The notes under the pieces: generated by a model
Database searches by the model: none
Seen by the model: the letters and a program-made list of their open reading frames with translations, nothing else
Told to the model about the DNA's origin: nothing
In this document: piece by piece, positions 9,459 to 19,098 of the stretch
How the letters are laid out: each line of letters begins with the position of its first letter
Numbering within the stretch: position 1 is the stretch's first letter
Position numbers and translations under genes: made by a program
Assembly: GCF_029265375.1 (NCBI RefSeq)
Contig: NZ_JAJUJJ010000010.1
Coordinates: forward strand, 11,531 to 75,530
Origin: Nesterenkonia sp.
GTDB taxonomy: Bacteria > Actinomycetota > Actinomycetes > Actinomycetales > Micrococcaceae
Reading direction: 5' to 3'
Length of the DNA: 64,000 nt

Positions 9459-10091
9459 ATGAACACCCCCGCCACCCCGCCTGAGAAGCCGGTTCCGCTG
9501 CTGAACATCGCCAATGTGCTCACCATGCTGCGCATTGCGCTGGTGCCGGTCTTCGTGCTGCTGCTGGTGCTCGACGCTGACCCCTCCCGCCAGGGAGCGC
9601 TGACCCCGCTGGAGGCCGGCAACGGAGCCTGGCGCTGGGCGGCGGCCGGAGTGTTCCTCGTCGCGATGATCACCGACAAGATCGACGGCGACCTGGCCCG
9701 CTCCCGCGGGCTGGTGACCGACTTCGGCAAGATCGCCGACCCGATCGCCGACAAGCTGCTCATCGGCGCCGCGCTGGTGATGCTCTCCCTGCTGGCGGAG
9801 CTGCCCTGGTGGGTCACAGTGCTGATCCTGGTGCGCGAGCTCGGGATCACCGCGCTGCGCATGGCCATGCTGCGCACCCAGGTGATGCCGGCCTCCCGCG
9901 GCGGCAAGCTGAAGACCGCGCTGCAGTCGGCCGGCCTGCAGCTGATGCTGCTGCCGCTGGTGGTCATCGCCGAATGGCTGGCAGCCGTGGGATTCTGGAT
10001 CATGATCGCCGCGCTGGTGGTCACCCTGGTCACCGGCGTGGACTACCTCATCAACGCCGTGAAACTCAGGAGAGCCGCCGATGGCCGTTGA
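9459..10091 (+). CDS. pgsA: CDP-diacylglycerol--glycerol-3-phosphate 3-phosphatidyltransferase
   Basis: NIANVLTMLR and TDKIDGDLARSRGLVTDFGKIADPIADK CDP-alcohol phosphotransferase signature. Confidence 0.93.
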   Translation: MNTPATPPEKPVPLLNIANVLTMLRIALVPVFVLLLVLDADPSRQGALTPLEAGNGAWRWAAAGVFLVAMITDKIDGDLARSRGLVTDFGKIADPIADKLLIGAALVMLSLLAELPWWVTVLILVRELGITALRMAMLRTQVMPASRGGKLKTALQSAGLQLMLLPLVVIAEWLAAVGFWIMIAALVVTLVTGVDYLINAVKLRRAADGR

Positions 10092-10701
10092 GGGAGACGC
10101 AGAACAGGTAGCCCGCACCGCGGAGCAGAACACCGACCCGGTGGATGTGGTCCAACGCTGCGCCCACCGTGAGCTGACCCTGGGCACCGCCGAATCGCTG
10201 ACCGCCGGGGCGCTGTCCTCACGGATCGCTGAAGTGCCCGGAGCCTCCGCGGTGCTGCTGGGCGGAGTGGTCGCCTACAGCAACCAGGTCAAGTACCAGG
10301 TGCTGGAGGTCTCCGAGCGGCTGCTGGAGGACAACGGGGCAGTGGACCCGGATGTGGCGGCATCGATGGCGGTCGGGACAGCTGAGCGCTGCGGCACTGA
10401 CATCGGGATCGCCACCACCGGCGTGGCCGGGCCCGAGCCCCACCAGGGGAAGGACGTGGGCACGGTCTACCTGGGCCTGGCCTGCCGAACGGAGGCGGCC
10501 GAACGGCTGGGACTCTCCCTGCCGGAGGGCTGTGCTGCATGTGAGAAGGACGTGCACACCGAACAGTGGCTGGCCGGATCGCTGCTGCTGGACCTCGACG
10601 GCGACCGGGCCGGAATCCGCGCCGCCGCGGTGGAAGCGGCCCTGAAGCTGCTGGAGGACTTCCTGCTCACCGAGCCCGCCGGACTCGACACCGACTCTTA
10701 G
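10081..10701 (+). CDS. cinA: CinA C-terminal / PncC-like nicotinamide-nucleotide amidohydrolase
   Basis: TAESLTAG, GGVVAYSN, TTGVAGP motifs; conserved position after pgsA. Confidence 0.88.
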   Translation: MAVEGDAEQVARTAEQNTDPVDVVQRCAHRELTLGTAESLTAGALSSRIAEVPGASAVLLGGVVAYSNQVKYQVLEVSERLLEDNGAVDPDVAASMAVGTAERCGTDIGIATTGVAGPEPHQGKDVGTVYLGLACRTEAAERLGLSLPEGCAACEKDVHTEQWLAGSLLLDLDGDRAGIRAAAVEAALKLLEDFLLTEPAGLDTDS

Positions 10702-10910
10702 GCCGGGCCCCACCCGCCGGGCCCGTGGCCCGTGGCACCCACCGGCGTGGCAGCCGCCGTCGTCGTTTCCCGCGCGGGCGCCGCAGGGCGCCTGTCCCGC
10801 AGCCGCCGTCGTCATCCTGATGCGGAGCTGGACGGCTCCTGGGGTGTTGCCCTGACCTGCTCCCGGCTGCTGTGCCGGGGGAGCGAATGCCGTTAGAGTG
10901 GGGCTACCGG

Positions 10911-10936
10911 GGAACAAACCCAGCCCCTGCCGGGTT
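10911..10936 (+). promoter_or_regulatory. SigH/SigE-type ECF promoter upstream of clgR
   Basis: GGAAC-N18-GTT. Confidence 0.6.
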
Positions 10937-10975
10937 GTTCCTTTGGTAAGAACAGCCATTGTGAAGGAGTTCCTC

Positions 10976-11407
10976 ATGGTGCGACAGCCAGTCACCGTCA
11001 ACGGCGTGACCCGTTGGAAGGACACTGAGACCGCGGCAGCACCAAGTGTTGAATCCCGTGAGTCCAAGGGCGTGGTCCTGCGCCAGGAGATCGGTGATGT
11101 GCTGCGCAGCATCCGCCAGTCTGAAGGCCGGACCCTGCGTGATGTTTCTCACGACGCCCGCGTCTCGTTGGGCTACCTCTCTGAGGTGGAACGGGGCCAG
11201 AAGGAAGCCTCCTCCGAGCTGCTGGCCAGCATCTGCACCGCACTGAACGTTCCGCTGGCGGCCATGCTCTTCCAGGTCGCCGAGCGCATCGCCAGCGCGG
11301 AAGGCTTCGATATTCCGGACACTGTGCCCACCGAGCTGCAGCGTGAGTTCGGCACCGGGCAGATGGACACCGGAGAGATCGACACCACCGAGCTCGTCTC
11401 CTACTGA
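10976..11407 (+). CDS. clgR: XRE-family HTH regulator, ClgR-like
   Basis: [10 protein letters not shown]...TLRDVS...[21 protein letters not shown]; pgsA-cinA-clgR synteny; AAGGAG RBS before ATG 10976. Confidence 0.85.
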   Translation: MVRQPVTVNGVTRWKDTETAAAPSVESRESKGVVLRQEIGDVLRSIRQSEGRTLRDVSHDARVSLGYLSEVERGQKEASSELLASICTALNVPLAAMLFQVAERIASAEGFDIPDTVPTELQREFGTGQMDTGEIDTTELVSY

Positions 11408-11470
11408 CTCTCTCCGGGTTCGGGACCGCGCCGCGCGGCCTGCCGCGGCCCAGCGCATAGACTGACAGCC

Positions 11471-11977
11471 ATGACATCGTCCGACCGACGTGCCCACGTC
11501 GAGGAGCTGCAGCACGAGTTCTACCGGCTCTTCGTCCGGCGCCGCCACAACGCCATCCAGCTGGCGCAGACCATCGACCCGGAGATTGAGCCGGCAGCCT
11601 ACTCCGTGCTCTTCACCCTCCAGCGCGAAGGCCCCCAGCGGATGACGACGATCTCCAAGCATCTGGGCATCGGCAAACCGACCCTTTCGCGGCAGCTGAG
11701 CACCCTGGCCGAGCGCGGCTTCATCACCAAGAAGGCGGACCCCGGCGACGGGCGCGCCCTGGTGATCTCCCTGACTGAGGAGGGCCTGCAGCGGCTGGAG
11801 GCCGCGCAGAAGGACCGCTCCGAGCGGTATCTGCATATGCTCGAGCCCTGGACCGAGGAGGAGATCGTGACCCTTTCCGGGCTGCTGCATAAGCTGAACC
11901 AGACCTACGCGGAGTACGACGCCGTCCACGGCGCTGGAAACGCGCCGCCGCCCTCGGCTCAGCAGGAGACCTCCTAA
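11471..11977 (+). CDS. MarR-family transcriptional regulator
   Basis: wHTH with DPGDGRALVISLTEEG wing; TAGACT-N7-ATG leaderless start. Confidence 0.88.
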   Translation: MTSSDRRAHVEELQHEFYRLFVRRRHNAIQLAQTIDPEIEPAAYSVLFTLQREGPQRMTTISKHLGIGKPTLSRQLSTLAERGFITKKADPGDGRALVISLTEEGLQRLEAAQKDRSERYLHMLEPWTEEEIVTLSGLLHKLNQTYAEYDAVHGAGNAPPPSAQQETS

Positions 11978-11982
11978 CCCTC

Positions 11983-12201
11983 ATGCGCGAATCCCAGTTC
12001 TGGCAGCTGATGAGAGACGAGTTCGGCCCCGGCTACGCGCCCGTACTGGCCGACCAGCTGGTGATCACCCGGTTCCAGCTCACCGCCGCCGACGCCCTGG
12101 CCTGCGGTGTGCGCCCCCGCGAGGTATGGGAGGCCATCTGCGAACAGCAGGAGGTGCCCCCGGAGCGCCGCTGGGGCAAGGACCGCCCGCCCAAGCGGTG
12201 A
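11983..12201 (+). CDS. DUF3046 family protein
   Basis: MRESQFWQLMRDEFG...GVRPREVWEAICEQQEVP; typical position just upstream of recA. Confidence 0.85.
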   Translation: MRESQFWQLMRDEFGPGYAPVLADQLVITRFQLTAADALACGVRPREVWEAICEQQEVPPERRWGKDRPPKR

Positions 12202-12333
12202 GTCCGCAGGCGCTGAGCTGCGCGTCTCGCAACCGCACAGCCCATTGCCCAGTTCGCTCACCCGCCGGCCCCTGGCACACATCCTGGCCCCTGGGCGATC
12301 TGGCCCTTGCCCCTGCGACACGCCCCAAGATGA

Positions 12334-12349
12334 TCGAATCTGTGTTCGA
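12334..12349. promoter_or_regulatory. LexA (SOS) box of recA
   Basis: TCGAAT-CTGT-GTTCGA versus actinobacterial consensus TCGAAC-N4-GTTCGA; -10 TAGAGT at 12357-12362. Confidence 0.8.
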
Positions 12350-12431
12350 TCCGGCGTAGAGTCTTCCCCAGAGCACATGCCAGGTTCGGGACACGCCCAG
12401 CCGCCCACAGACTCGACGGTGACAGCCGCAG

Positions 12432-12453
12432 TGTCAGAGGCTGGACCTAGGCT
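12432..12453 (+). promoter_or_regulatory. PafBC / RecA-NDp-type promoter of recA
   Basis: TGTCAG-N10-TAGGCT versus TGTCGG-N10-TANNNT. Confidence 0.65.
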
Positions 12454-12493
12454 CAGAACAGCAGGCCAGAACGACGACCACATGAGGTGAATC

Positions 12494-13531
12494 ATGGCAA
12501 TCAGCCCCGACCGGGAAAAGGCCCTCGAGGCCGCCCTTGCCCAGATCGACAAGCAGTACGGCAAGGGCTCGGTGATGCGCCTGGGCGACGAGACCCGCGC
12601 CCCCATTGAGGCCATCCCGACCTCCTCCATCGCGCTGGATGCTGCCCTGGGCATCGGAGGCTTCCCGCGGGGCCGCGTGGTGGAGATCTACGGCCCGGAG
12701 TCCTCCGGTAAGACCACGGTGGCGCTGCATGCGGTCGCCAATGCTCAGCGCAACGGCGGCATCGCCGCGTTCATCGACGCCGAGCACGCCCTGGACCCCA
12801 GCTACGCCGAGAAGCTCGGCGTGGACACCGATTCCCTGCTGGTCTCCCAGCCGGACACCGGCGAGCAGGCCCTGGAGATCATGGACATGCTGGTCTCCTC
12901 CGGCTCGCTGGACGTAGTGGTCATCGACTCGGTGGCAGCCCTGGTGCCGCGCGCCGAGATCGAAGGCGAGATGGGCGACTCCCACGTGGGCCTGCAGGCC
13001 CGGCTGATGTCCCAGGCGCTGCGGAAGATCACCGGACGGCTGGGGCAGACCAAGACCACGGCGATCTTCATCAACCAGCTGCGTGAGAAGGTCGGAGTCT
13101 TCTTCGGCTCCCCGGAGACCACCTCCGGCGGTAAGGCATTGAAGTTCTATGCCTCCGTGCGTGTGGATGTCCGCCGCATCGAGACCCTCAAGGAGGGCAC
13201 CAACGCGGTGGGCAACCGGACCCGGGCCAAGATCGTGAAGAACAAGATGGCGCCGCCGTTCAAGCAGGCGGAGTTCGACATCCTCTACGGCGAGGGCATC
13301 TCCCGTGAGGGTGGGCTGATCGACGTCGGGGTGGAGAACGGCCTGGTCAAGAAGTCCGGGGCGTGGTTCACCTATGACGGGGACCAGCTGGGGCAGGGCA
13401 AGGAGAAGGCCCGCCAGTTCCTCAAAGACAACCCGGATCTGGCCGATGAGATCGAGCTGCGCATCAAGGAGAAGCTCGGCATCATCAAGACCGAGGGTGA
13501 GGGCGGCGAACCTAATCTGCAGGCGGTCTGA
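12494..13531 (+). CDS. recA: Recombinase RecA
   Basis: [29 protein letters not shown]; 345 aa, no intein. Confidence 0.99.
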   Translation: MAISPDREKALEAALAQIDKQYGKGSVMRLGDETRAPIEAIPTSSIALDAALGIGGFPRGRVVEIYGPESSGKTTVALHAVANAQRNGGIAAFIDAEHALDPSYAEKLGVDTDSLLVSQPDTGEQALEIMDMLVSSGSLDVVVIDSVAALVPRAEIEGEMGDSHVGLQARLMSQALRKITGRLGQTKTTAIFINQLREKVGVFFGSPETTSGGKALKFYASVRVDVRRIETLKEGTNAVGNRTRAKIVKNKMAPPFKQAEFDILYGEGISREGGLIDVGVENGLVKKSGAWFTYDGDQLGQGKEKARQFLKDNPDLADEIELRIKEKLGIIKTEGEGGEPNLQAV

Positions 13532-13540
13532 GACTGACCT

Positions 13541-14290
13541 ATGGCTGAGCAGACCCCTGCCGAGGTCCCGGCCGGCACCCCGGCTGACACTATCGCCCAG
13601 TTGCGGGAATCCATGCGCCGGATCGAATCGGATCCGACCGTCAGCGGACCCAGCAGCAGTCCGGGTGACCCGTCCGCGGGAGCCGAGGGCGAAGCGGATC
13701 CAAATGCGGCGTCGCAGTCCTCCGGCCGGCCCTCGGCAGGGTCCTCCGATCGTCCCGCAGACTCGGAGTCCGCGCCCACCGCAGACTCCGAGGAGGGGGA
13801 CTACGCCAAGGCGCGGGCCGTGGTGCTGCGCAAACTCACCGGCTCGGCGAAATCCCGGCACCAGCTGGCCCAGGCGCTGAGCGAACGGGACTTCGCACCG
13901 GAGGTCATCGACGCGGTGCTGGACCGGATGGAAGAGGTCCAGCTGATCGACGACGCCGCATTCGCCCGCACCTGGGTGCGCACCAGGCACGAGCTCAAGG
14001 GCCTCGGCTCAGCGGCGCTGCGCCGCGAGCTGAAGGACAAAGGAGTCGCCGAGCAGCACATCGAAGCCGCACTCGACCAACTCAGTGCCGAGGACGAGCA
14101 GGCCGCCGCCCAGCAGCTCATCGACTCCAAACTGCGCGGTATCACCCTGCCGGCAGGAAACGGACCCGAGGACCGCAAGGAGCGGGACAAGGTCACCCGC
14201 CGGCTGGTGAGCATGCTCGGACGCCGCGGCCACAGCCCCTCGTCCGCTCTGCAGCTGGTGCGCGAAGCCATCGACGCCCGCATCCACTGA
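13541..14290 (+). CDS. recX: Regulatory protein RecX with a long N-terminal extension
   Basis: Follows recA; KSRHQLAQAL, LIDDAAFARTWV, LRRELKDKGV, LGRRGH motifs. Confidence 0.9.
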   Translation: MAEQTPAEVPAGTPADTIAQLRESMRRIESDPTVSGPSSSPGDPSAGAEGEADPNAASQSSGRPSAGSSDRPADSESAPTADSEEGDYAKARAVVLRKLTGSAKSRHQLAQALSERDFAPEVIDAVLDRMEEVQLIDDAAFARTWVRTRHELKGLGSAALRRELKDKGVAEQHIEAALDQLSAEDEQAAAQQLIDSKLRGITLPAGNGPEDRKERDKVTRRLVSMLGRRGHSPSSALQLVREAIDARIH

Positions 14291-14402
14291 GCCAGCGGCA
14301 CCCGTCCGTGGGGGCCATCGCGGCAAGCCGGTAGAATCGGCGGAGCATTCTGCACCGACCCCCGAGAAGAAGCAGCCCCACGAGAGGCAGCACTGAGCCG
14401 AT

Positions 14403-15923
14403 ATGACCGAGACTGTCCTGGACCGCACCGGCACCTCCGCCGCCGCACGCACCTACGAGGTGCGCACCTTCGGCTGCCAGATGAACGTCCACGACTCCGA
14501 ACGCATCTCCGGCCTGCTGGAGGAAGCCGGCTACACACCAGCCGAGGAGAACACCACGCCAGATCTGGTGGTCTTCAACACCTGCGCAGTGCGCGAGAAC
14601 GCAGACAACCGCCTCTACGGCCACCTCGGGCAGCTCAAGCCCGTCAAGGACGCCCACGGCACACAGATCGCCGTCGGAGGATGCCTGGCCCAGAAGGACC
14701 AGGACACAGTGCTCAAGCGCGCCCCCTGGGTAGACGTGGTCTTCGGCACCCACAACATCGGCTCACTGCCCACCCTGCTGGAGCGCTCCCGCCACAACCA
14801 GGAAGCCTCCATCGAGATCCTCGAAGCCCTGGAGACCTTCCCCTCCACCCTGCCGACCAAACGTGAATCCGTGCACTCCGGCTGGGTCTCCATCTCCGTG
14901 GGCTGCAACAACACCTGCACCTTCTGCATCGTGCCCTCCCTGCGCGGCAAAGAACGCGACCGCCGTCCCGGAGAGATCCTCGCCGAAGTCAAAGCCCTGG
15001 TCGACGACGGCGCAGTAGAAGTCACCCTGCTGGGTCAGAACGTCAACACCTACGGTGTCGAGTTCCGCGACCGGGCGGCCTTCGCCAAACTGCTGCGCGC
15101 ATGCGGTGAGATCGACGGGCTCGAGCGGGTCCGGTTCACCAGCCCGCACCCGGCCAGCTTCACCGACGACGTCATCGACGCCATGGCCGAGACCCCGAAC
15201 ATGATGCCCCAGCTGCATATGCCGCTGCAGTCCGGCTCCGACCGGATCCTCAAAGCCATGCGCCGCTCCTACAGGGCCAAGCGCTTCCTGAACATCCTGG
15301 ACAAGGTCCGCGAACGCATCCCGCACGCGGCAGTGACCACCGACATCATCGTCGGGTTCCCCGGCGAGACAGAGGAGGACTTCGAAGACACCATGCGCGT
15401 GGTGGAAGCCTCCCGCTTCTCCTCGGCCTTCACCTTCCAATACTCCCCGCGTCCCGGAACGCCCGCGGCCGAGATGGAGGACCAGATCCCCAAAGAGGTC
15501 GTCCAGCGCCGGTTCGAGAGGCTCATCGCCCTGCAGAACCGCATCACCGCAGAGGAGAACGCCCACCAGGTCGGCACCGTGCAGGAGCTGCTGGTCACCG
15601 CCGACACCGGCAGCAAAGGTGAACAGACCGGACGGCTGGCAGGCCGCGCCCCGGACAACCGGCTGGTGCACTTCAGCGTCCCCGCCGGCCAGCCCGCCCC
15701 GCGCCCCGGCGACTTCGTCACCGTACCCATCACCGAAGCCGGCAGCTTCCACCTGCTCTCCGACCCGCAGCCCGAGCAGTACCAGCTCCGGCGCTCCCGA
15801 GCAGGAGACGCCTGGGACCGCTGGCAGGCCGACTCCTGCGGTGTAGGCACCACCCAGGTCGGCGGCTCCGCACCGGGAACAGTCTCGCTGGGCATGCCGA
15901 CCCTCCGCCCCGCCGGCAGCTGA
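14403..15923 (+). CDS. miaB: tRNA methylthiotransferase MiaB
   Basis: [19 protein letters not shown], radical-[22 protein letters not shown]. Confidence 0.97.
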   Translation: MTETVLDRTGTSAAARTYEVRTFGCQMNVHDSERISGLLEEAGYTPAEENTTPDLVVFNTCAVRENADNRLYGHLGQLKPVKDAHGTQIAVGGCLAQKDQDTVLKRAPWVDVVFGTHNIGSLPTLLERSRHNQEASIEILEALETFPSTLPTKRESVHSGWVSISVGCNNTCTFCIVPSLRGKERDRRPGEILAEVKALVDDGAVEVTLLGQNVNTYGVEFRDRAAFAKLLRACGEIDGLERVRFTSPHPASFTDDVIDAMAETPNMMPQLHMPLQSGSDRILKAMRRSYRAKRFLNILDKVRERIPHAAVTTDIIVGFPGETEEDFEDTMRVVEASRFSSAFTFQYSPRPGTPAAEMEDQIPKEVVQRRFERLIALQNRITAEENAHQVGTVQELLVTADTGSKGEQTGRLAGRAPDNRLVHFSVPAGQPAPRPGDFVTVPITEAGSFHLLSDPQPEQYQLRRSRAGDAWDRWQADSCGVGTTQVGGSAPGTVSLGMPTLRPAGS

Positions 15924-15924
15924 C

Positions 15925-16839
15925 GTGACGAAGCCGCTGATCGTCGTCGCCGGTCCCACCGCCTCCGGCAAGAGCGGGCTGGCCATCCAGCTGGCCCAGT
16001 GGCTCGAGGGTGAAATCATCAGTGCCGATTCCATGCAGCTATACCGCGGCATGGACATCGGCACCGCCAAAGTTACCGCCGCCGAGCAGCAGGGCATCGC
16101 CCACCACATGCTCGACGTCCTGGAGGTCACCGAGGAAGCCTCCGTGGCCGACTACCAGCACCAGACCCGCCGGATCATCGACCAGATCCGCAGCCGCGGC
16201 CGCACCCCCATCCTGGCCGGCGGCTCCGGGCTCTACATCCGGGCGGTGACCGACGCCATCGAATTCCCACCCACAGACCCGCAGCTGCGAGCCCAGATCA
16301 CTGCCGAGCTGCAGGCCAGCGGCGCCGCAGCGCTTCGCGACGAACTGCGCCGCAGCGACCCAGAATCAGCCGCCGTCATCGCCGATGTACGCCGGCTGGT
16401 GCGTGCCCTGGAAGTGGTGCGGCTGACCGGACGCAGCTTCAGCTCCTATATGCCGCAGCGCAGGTATGAGCCCGCTGTGGAACCGGTGGTGCAGATCGGT
16501 CTGCGCGTGGACCGGGCCCTGCTGCACCAGCGCATCGCCGAGCGCGTCCACCAGATGCGCAGCCAGGGGCTTCTGGAGGAAGTCCGGACCCTGGAAGCGG
16601 CCGGGCTGCGCGAATCCCGCACCGCCTCCCGCGCCATCGGATACCAGCAGTACCTCCGCGTCATCGACGGCGCCTGGTCCGAAGACCAAGCCGTGGAAGA
16701 CATCATCACCGCCACCCGCAGATTCGCCCGGCGCCAAGAGACCTGGTTCCGCGCCGACCCGCGCATCCACTGGCTCGAGGCACCCAGCCCGCAGCTGCTC
16801 GAGAATGCTGTGGAAGCAATCGGCCCCGCAGATGGTTGA
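15925..16839 (+). CDS. miaA: tRNA dimethylallyltransferase
   Basis: GPTASGKS, SADSMQLYRGMDIGTAK, GGSGLY. Confidence 0.97.
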   Translation: MTKPLIVVAGPTASGKSGLAIQLAQWLEGEIISADSMQLYRGMDIGTAKVTAAEQQGIAHHMLDVLEVTEEASVADYQHQTRRIIDQIRSRGRTPILAGGSGLYIRAVTDAIEFPPTDPQLRAQITAELQASGAAALRDELRRSDPESAAVIADVRRLVRALEVVRLTGRSFSSYMPQRRYEPAVEPVVQIGLRVDRALLHQRIAERVHQMRSQGLLEEVRTLEAAGLRESRTASRAIGYQQYLRVIDGAWSEDQAVEDIITATRRFARRQETWFRADPRIHWLEAPSPQLLENAVEAIGPADG

Positions 16840-16847
16840 CTAGGACC

Positions 16848-17771
16848 ATGCAGTTCACCAAGGTGCACGCCACCGGCAACGACTTTGTGCTCGTAGCCGA
16901 CCCCGCCGGATCCCAACAGCTCGACGCCGAGCTGGTCGCCGCACTGTGCGACCGCCACCGGGGAATCGGCGCCGACGGGCTGATCCGTGCCGTGCCGGCC
17001 CACCTGTTCGACGCCGGTCGCGCCGAACTGGCCGCAACCGGGCTGACCAGCACCGACCAGGCGCCGCTGTGGTTCATGGACTATCGCAACAGTGATGGAT
17101 CCGTCTCCGAGATGTGCGGCAACGGCGTGCGGGCCTTCGCCCACTACCTGCGTGCCCAAGGACTGGCGAGTTTTGCCGAGGACACCCTGCCCGTCCTCAC
17201 CCGCGGCGGGCTGAAGACCGTGCGGCAGTCAGAGGAAGGCTACGCGGTCAGCATGGGAGTGTGGTCCTTCATCGACCCCGAGCTCGCCTCCGAACGGGCC
17301 AGCGACTCCCTGGTCCGTGCCGCAGGGCTGTCCGAACCGCGCCCGGCCCTGAGCATCTCCATGGGAAACCCGCACACAGTCGTGGCGCTCTCTGAGCCGG
17401 CCGCGCTGCAGAACCTGGATCTGCACCGCGCCCCGACCGTGGACCCCACGCCGCCGAACGGCACCAATGTGGAGTTCGTGGTGCCGGCCGAACCGCTGGT
17501 CGAGGCAGGTGTGGGCCGGGTGCGCATGCGCGTGCACGAACGCGGCGTGGGGGAGACGCTCTCCTGCGGCACCGGAGCCTGCGCGGCCGCTGCGGCAGTC
17601 CGCGTCTGGGCCGCCGGAGACGGGGTGGACACCTGGCGAGTCAGCGTGCCCGGAGGCAAGGTGACCGTGCGGTTCAGCCAACGCAGCGACGGCGCTGAAG
17701 AGGTGGAGCTCTCCGGACCCGCCACGCTGGTCTACACCGGGGAACTCACCGCCGAGTACCTCCCGCAGTGA
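16848..17771 (+). CDS. dapF: Diaminopimelate epimerase
   Basis: HATGNDF, EMCGNG, MGNPH, ERGVGETLSCGTG. Confidence 0.96.
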   Translation: MQFTKVHATGNDFVLVADPAGSQQLDAELVAALCDRHRGIGADGLIRAVPAHLFDAGRAELAATGLTSTDQAPLWFMDYRNSDGSVSEMCGNGVRAFAHYLRAQGLASFAEDTLPVLTRGGLKTVRQSEEGYAVSMGVWSFIDPELASERASDSLVRAAGLSEPRPALSISMGNPHTVVALSEPAALQNLDLHRAPTVDPTPPNGTNVEFVVPAEPLVEAGVGRVRMRVHERGVGETLSCGTGACAAAAAVRVWAAGDGVDTWRVSVPGGKVTVRFSQRSDGAEEVELSGPATLVYTGELTAEYLPQ

Positions 17772-19098
17772 CATCCTGCCCCGGAGGCACAAACAGGCGA
17801 CCAGCCTCGGCCCTGAGAGTGCGCAGCACCAGCGAGGTGAACAGCACCGTCCCCACGGCCAAAGAGCGACGGCGATCCAGCGTCTCAGCCAGCTGAGCCG
17901 ACCCGGGGGCGGCGTGGACACCGGACTCGCCCAGATCCTCCAACCGCAGCCAGTGCCAGCCCGGAGCATCCGGCCACTGGCCGCGATCCGGCACACCGAT
18001 ATAGGCCCCCGGAAGCTCCACGAACACTTTCGGCCCGGAGAAGTCCTCCAGCTGGTGGACGAAACCATCCAGATCCTTCGACGGCGGCAGGCAGACCAGC
18101 ACCTGGTCCAGCCCATCCAGCTCGGCGGCGGCGAACCGGCGGGCCCCAGCCAGGCCGTCTGCTGAGACCGCCGAGTCGACCACCACGCGGCCGCCGCTGC
18201 CGGCGTCGTGCACCGACAGCCTGCCCGGATAATGCACCGAGCCCACCACAGCCTCCGCCGCGGCCGGCGTCGCACCGGCGGCGGGAACCGGCAGCGCGAA
18301 ACCTGCCGTCAGACCGGCCGCGGCATTGTCCCGGGCGTAGCCGGCAGGAAGATGCGCAACCAGCGCCGTCGCCTGCGGGGAAGCCGTCAGCAGACGCGCC
18401 CCGGCGGAAGTGCAGGCTTCCTGGACGATCTGGTGGACCTGCGCGGACTGCGGAAGGCTGACCACCAGCCCGGTGCCCGGACGGATCACCGCGGCCTTAT
18501 CGCGGGCCACATCGGCCACCGTGGGGCCCAGTATGTCCAGATGCTCAGCGAAGATCCCGGTGACCACCACCGCAGTCAGCGGCCAGTGCGAAAGATCATC
18601 CGAACCGCCCCCGATACCGGCCTCCGCCACCACTGCCTCCACCTGCTCCTCGGCGAAGATCAGCATGGCCATCACAATGAACAGTCCGGTGGGGGCTAAG
18701 TACCCGCTCGACGCCGTCGGCTTCGGCAGTCCACGCACAGCCTCAGCAATCCGCAGCAGCGCCCGGCGTCGCGCCCGAGCATCTGCGGCCTGCCCGTCAA
18801 CGCGGATCCGGTCCGCATTGGAGACCGCCCCCGGGCTCATCACCGTTCCGACCCGCACCCCGCGGGCGGCCAGTGCGGCCGAGGCGTAGGCGGCCGCCGT
18901 GCCTTTGCCCTTGGAGCCGACCACCCCCAGGATCGGTGCGGGACTGCGCTGCGGGTCCACCCCCAGGGCCTCCAGCAGCGCGGCGGTGCGCTGCAGCGAC
19001 CGTGAGCTCACCGCGCGCAGCGCACGCCACTCGGAGAAGATGACCTCTTCCTCCAGCTCCTCCAGCGGCAGGGCATCCAGGCGAGCAGCAGCCGTCAT
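17746..19098 (-). CDS. Divergent FolC/Mur-ligase-family ATP-dependent ligase
   Basis: GVVGSKGKGT P-loop, EAGIGG, AEHLDILG...DKAAVI and PGRL align to the FolC scaffold but with motif substitutions. Confidence 0.75.
   Translation of the reverse strand: MTAAARLDALPLEELEEEVIFSEWRALRAVSSRSLQRTAALLEALGVDPQRSPAPILGVVGSKGKGTAAAYASAALAARGVRVGTVMSPGAVSNADRIRVDGQAADARARRRALLRIAEAVRGLPKPTASSGYLAPTGLFIVMAMLIFAEEQVEAVVAEAGIGGGSDDLSHWPLTAVVVTGIFAEHLDILGPTVADVARDKAAVIRPGTGLVVSLPQSAQVHQIVQEACTSAGARLLTASPQATALVAHLPAGYARDNAAAGLTAGFALPVPAAGATPAAAEAVVGSVHYPGRLSVHDAGSGGRVVVDSAVSADGLAGARRFAAAELDGLDQVLVCLPPSKDLDGFVHQLEDFSGPKVFVELPGAYIGVPDRGQWPDAPGWHWLRLEDLGESGVHAAPGSAQLAETLDRRRSLAVGTVLFTSLVLRTLRAEAGRLFVPPGQDVTAGGTRR

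Noticed and set aside
10750-10813. 15-bp direct repeat gcagccgccgtcgtc upstream of clgR
   Set aside because: Low-complexity GC sequence with no regular spacing or matching known motif.
12494-13531. Intein in recA
   Set aside because: The length (345 aa) and continuous motifs leave no room for one.
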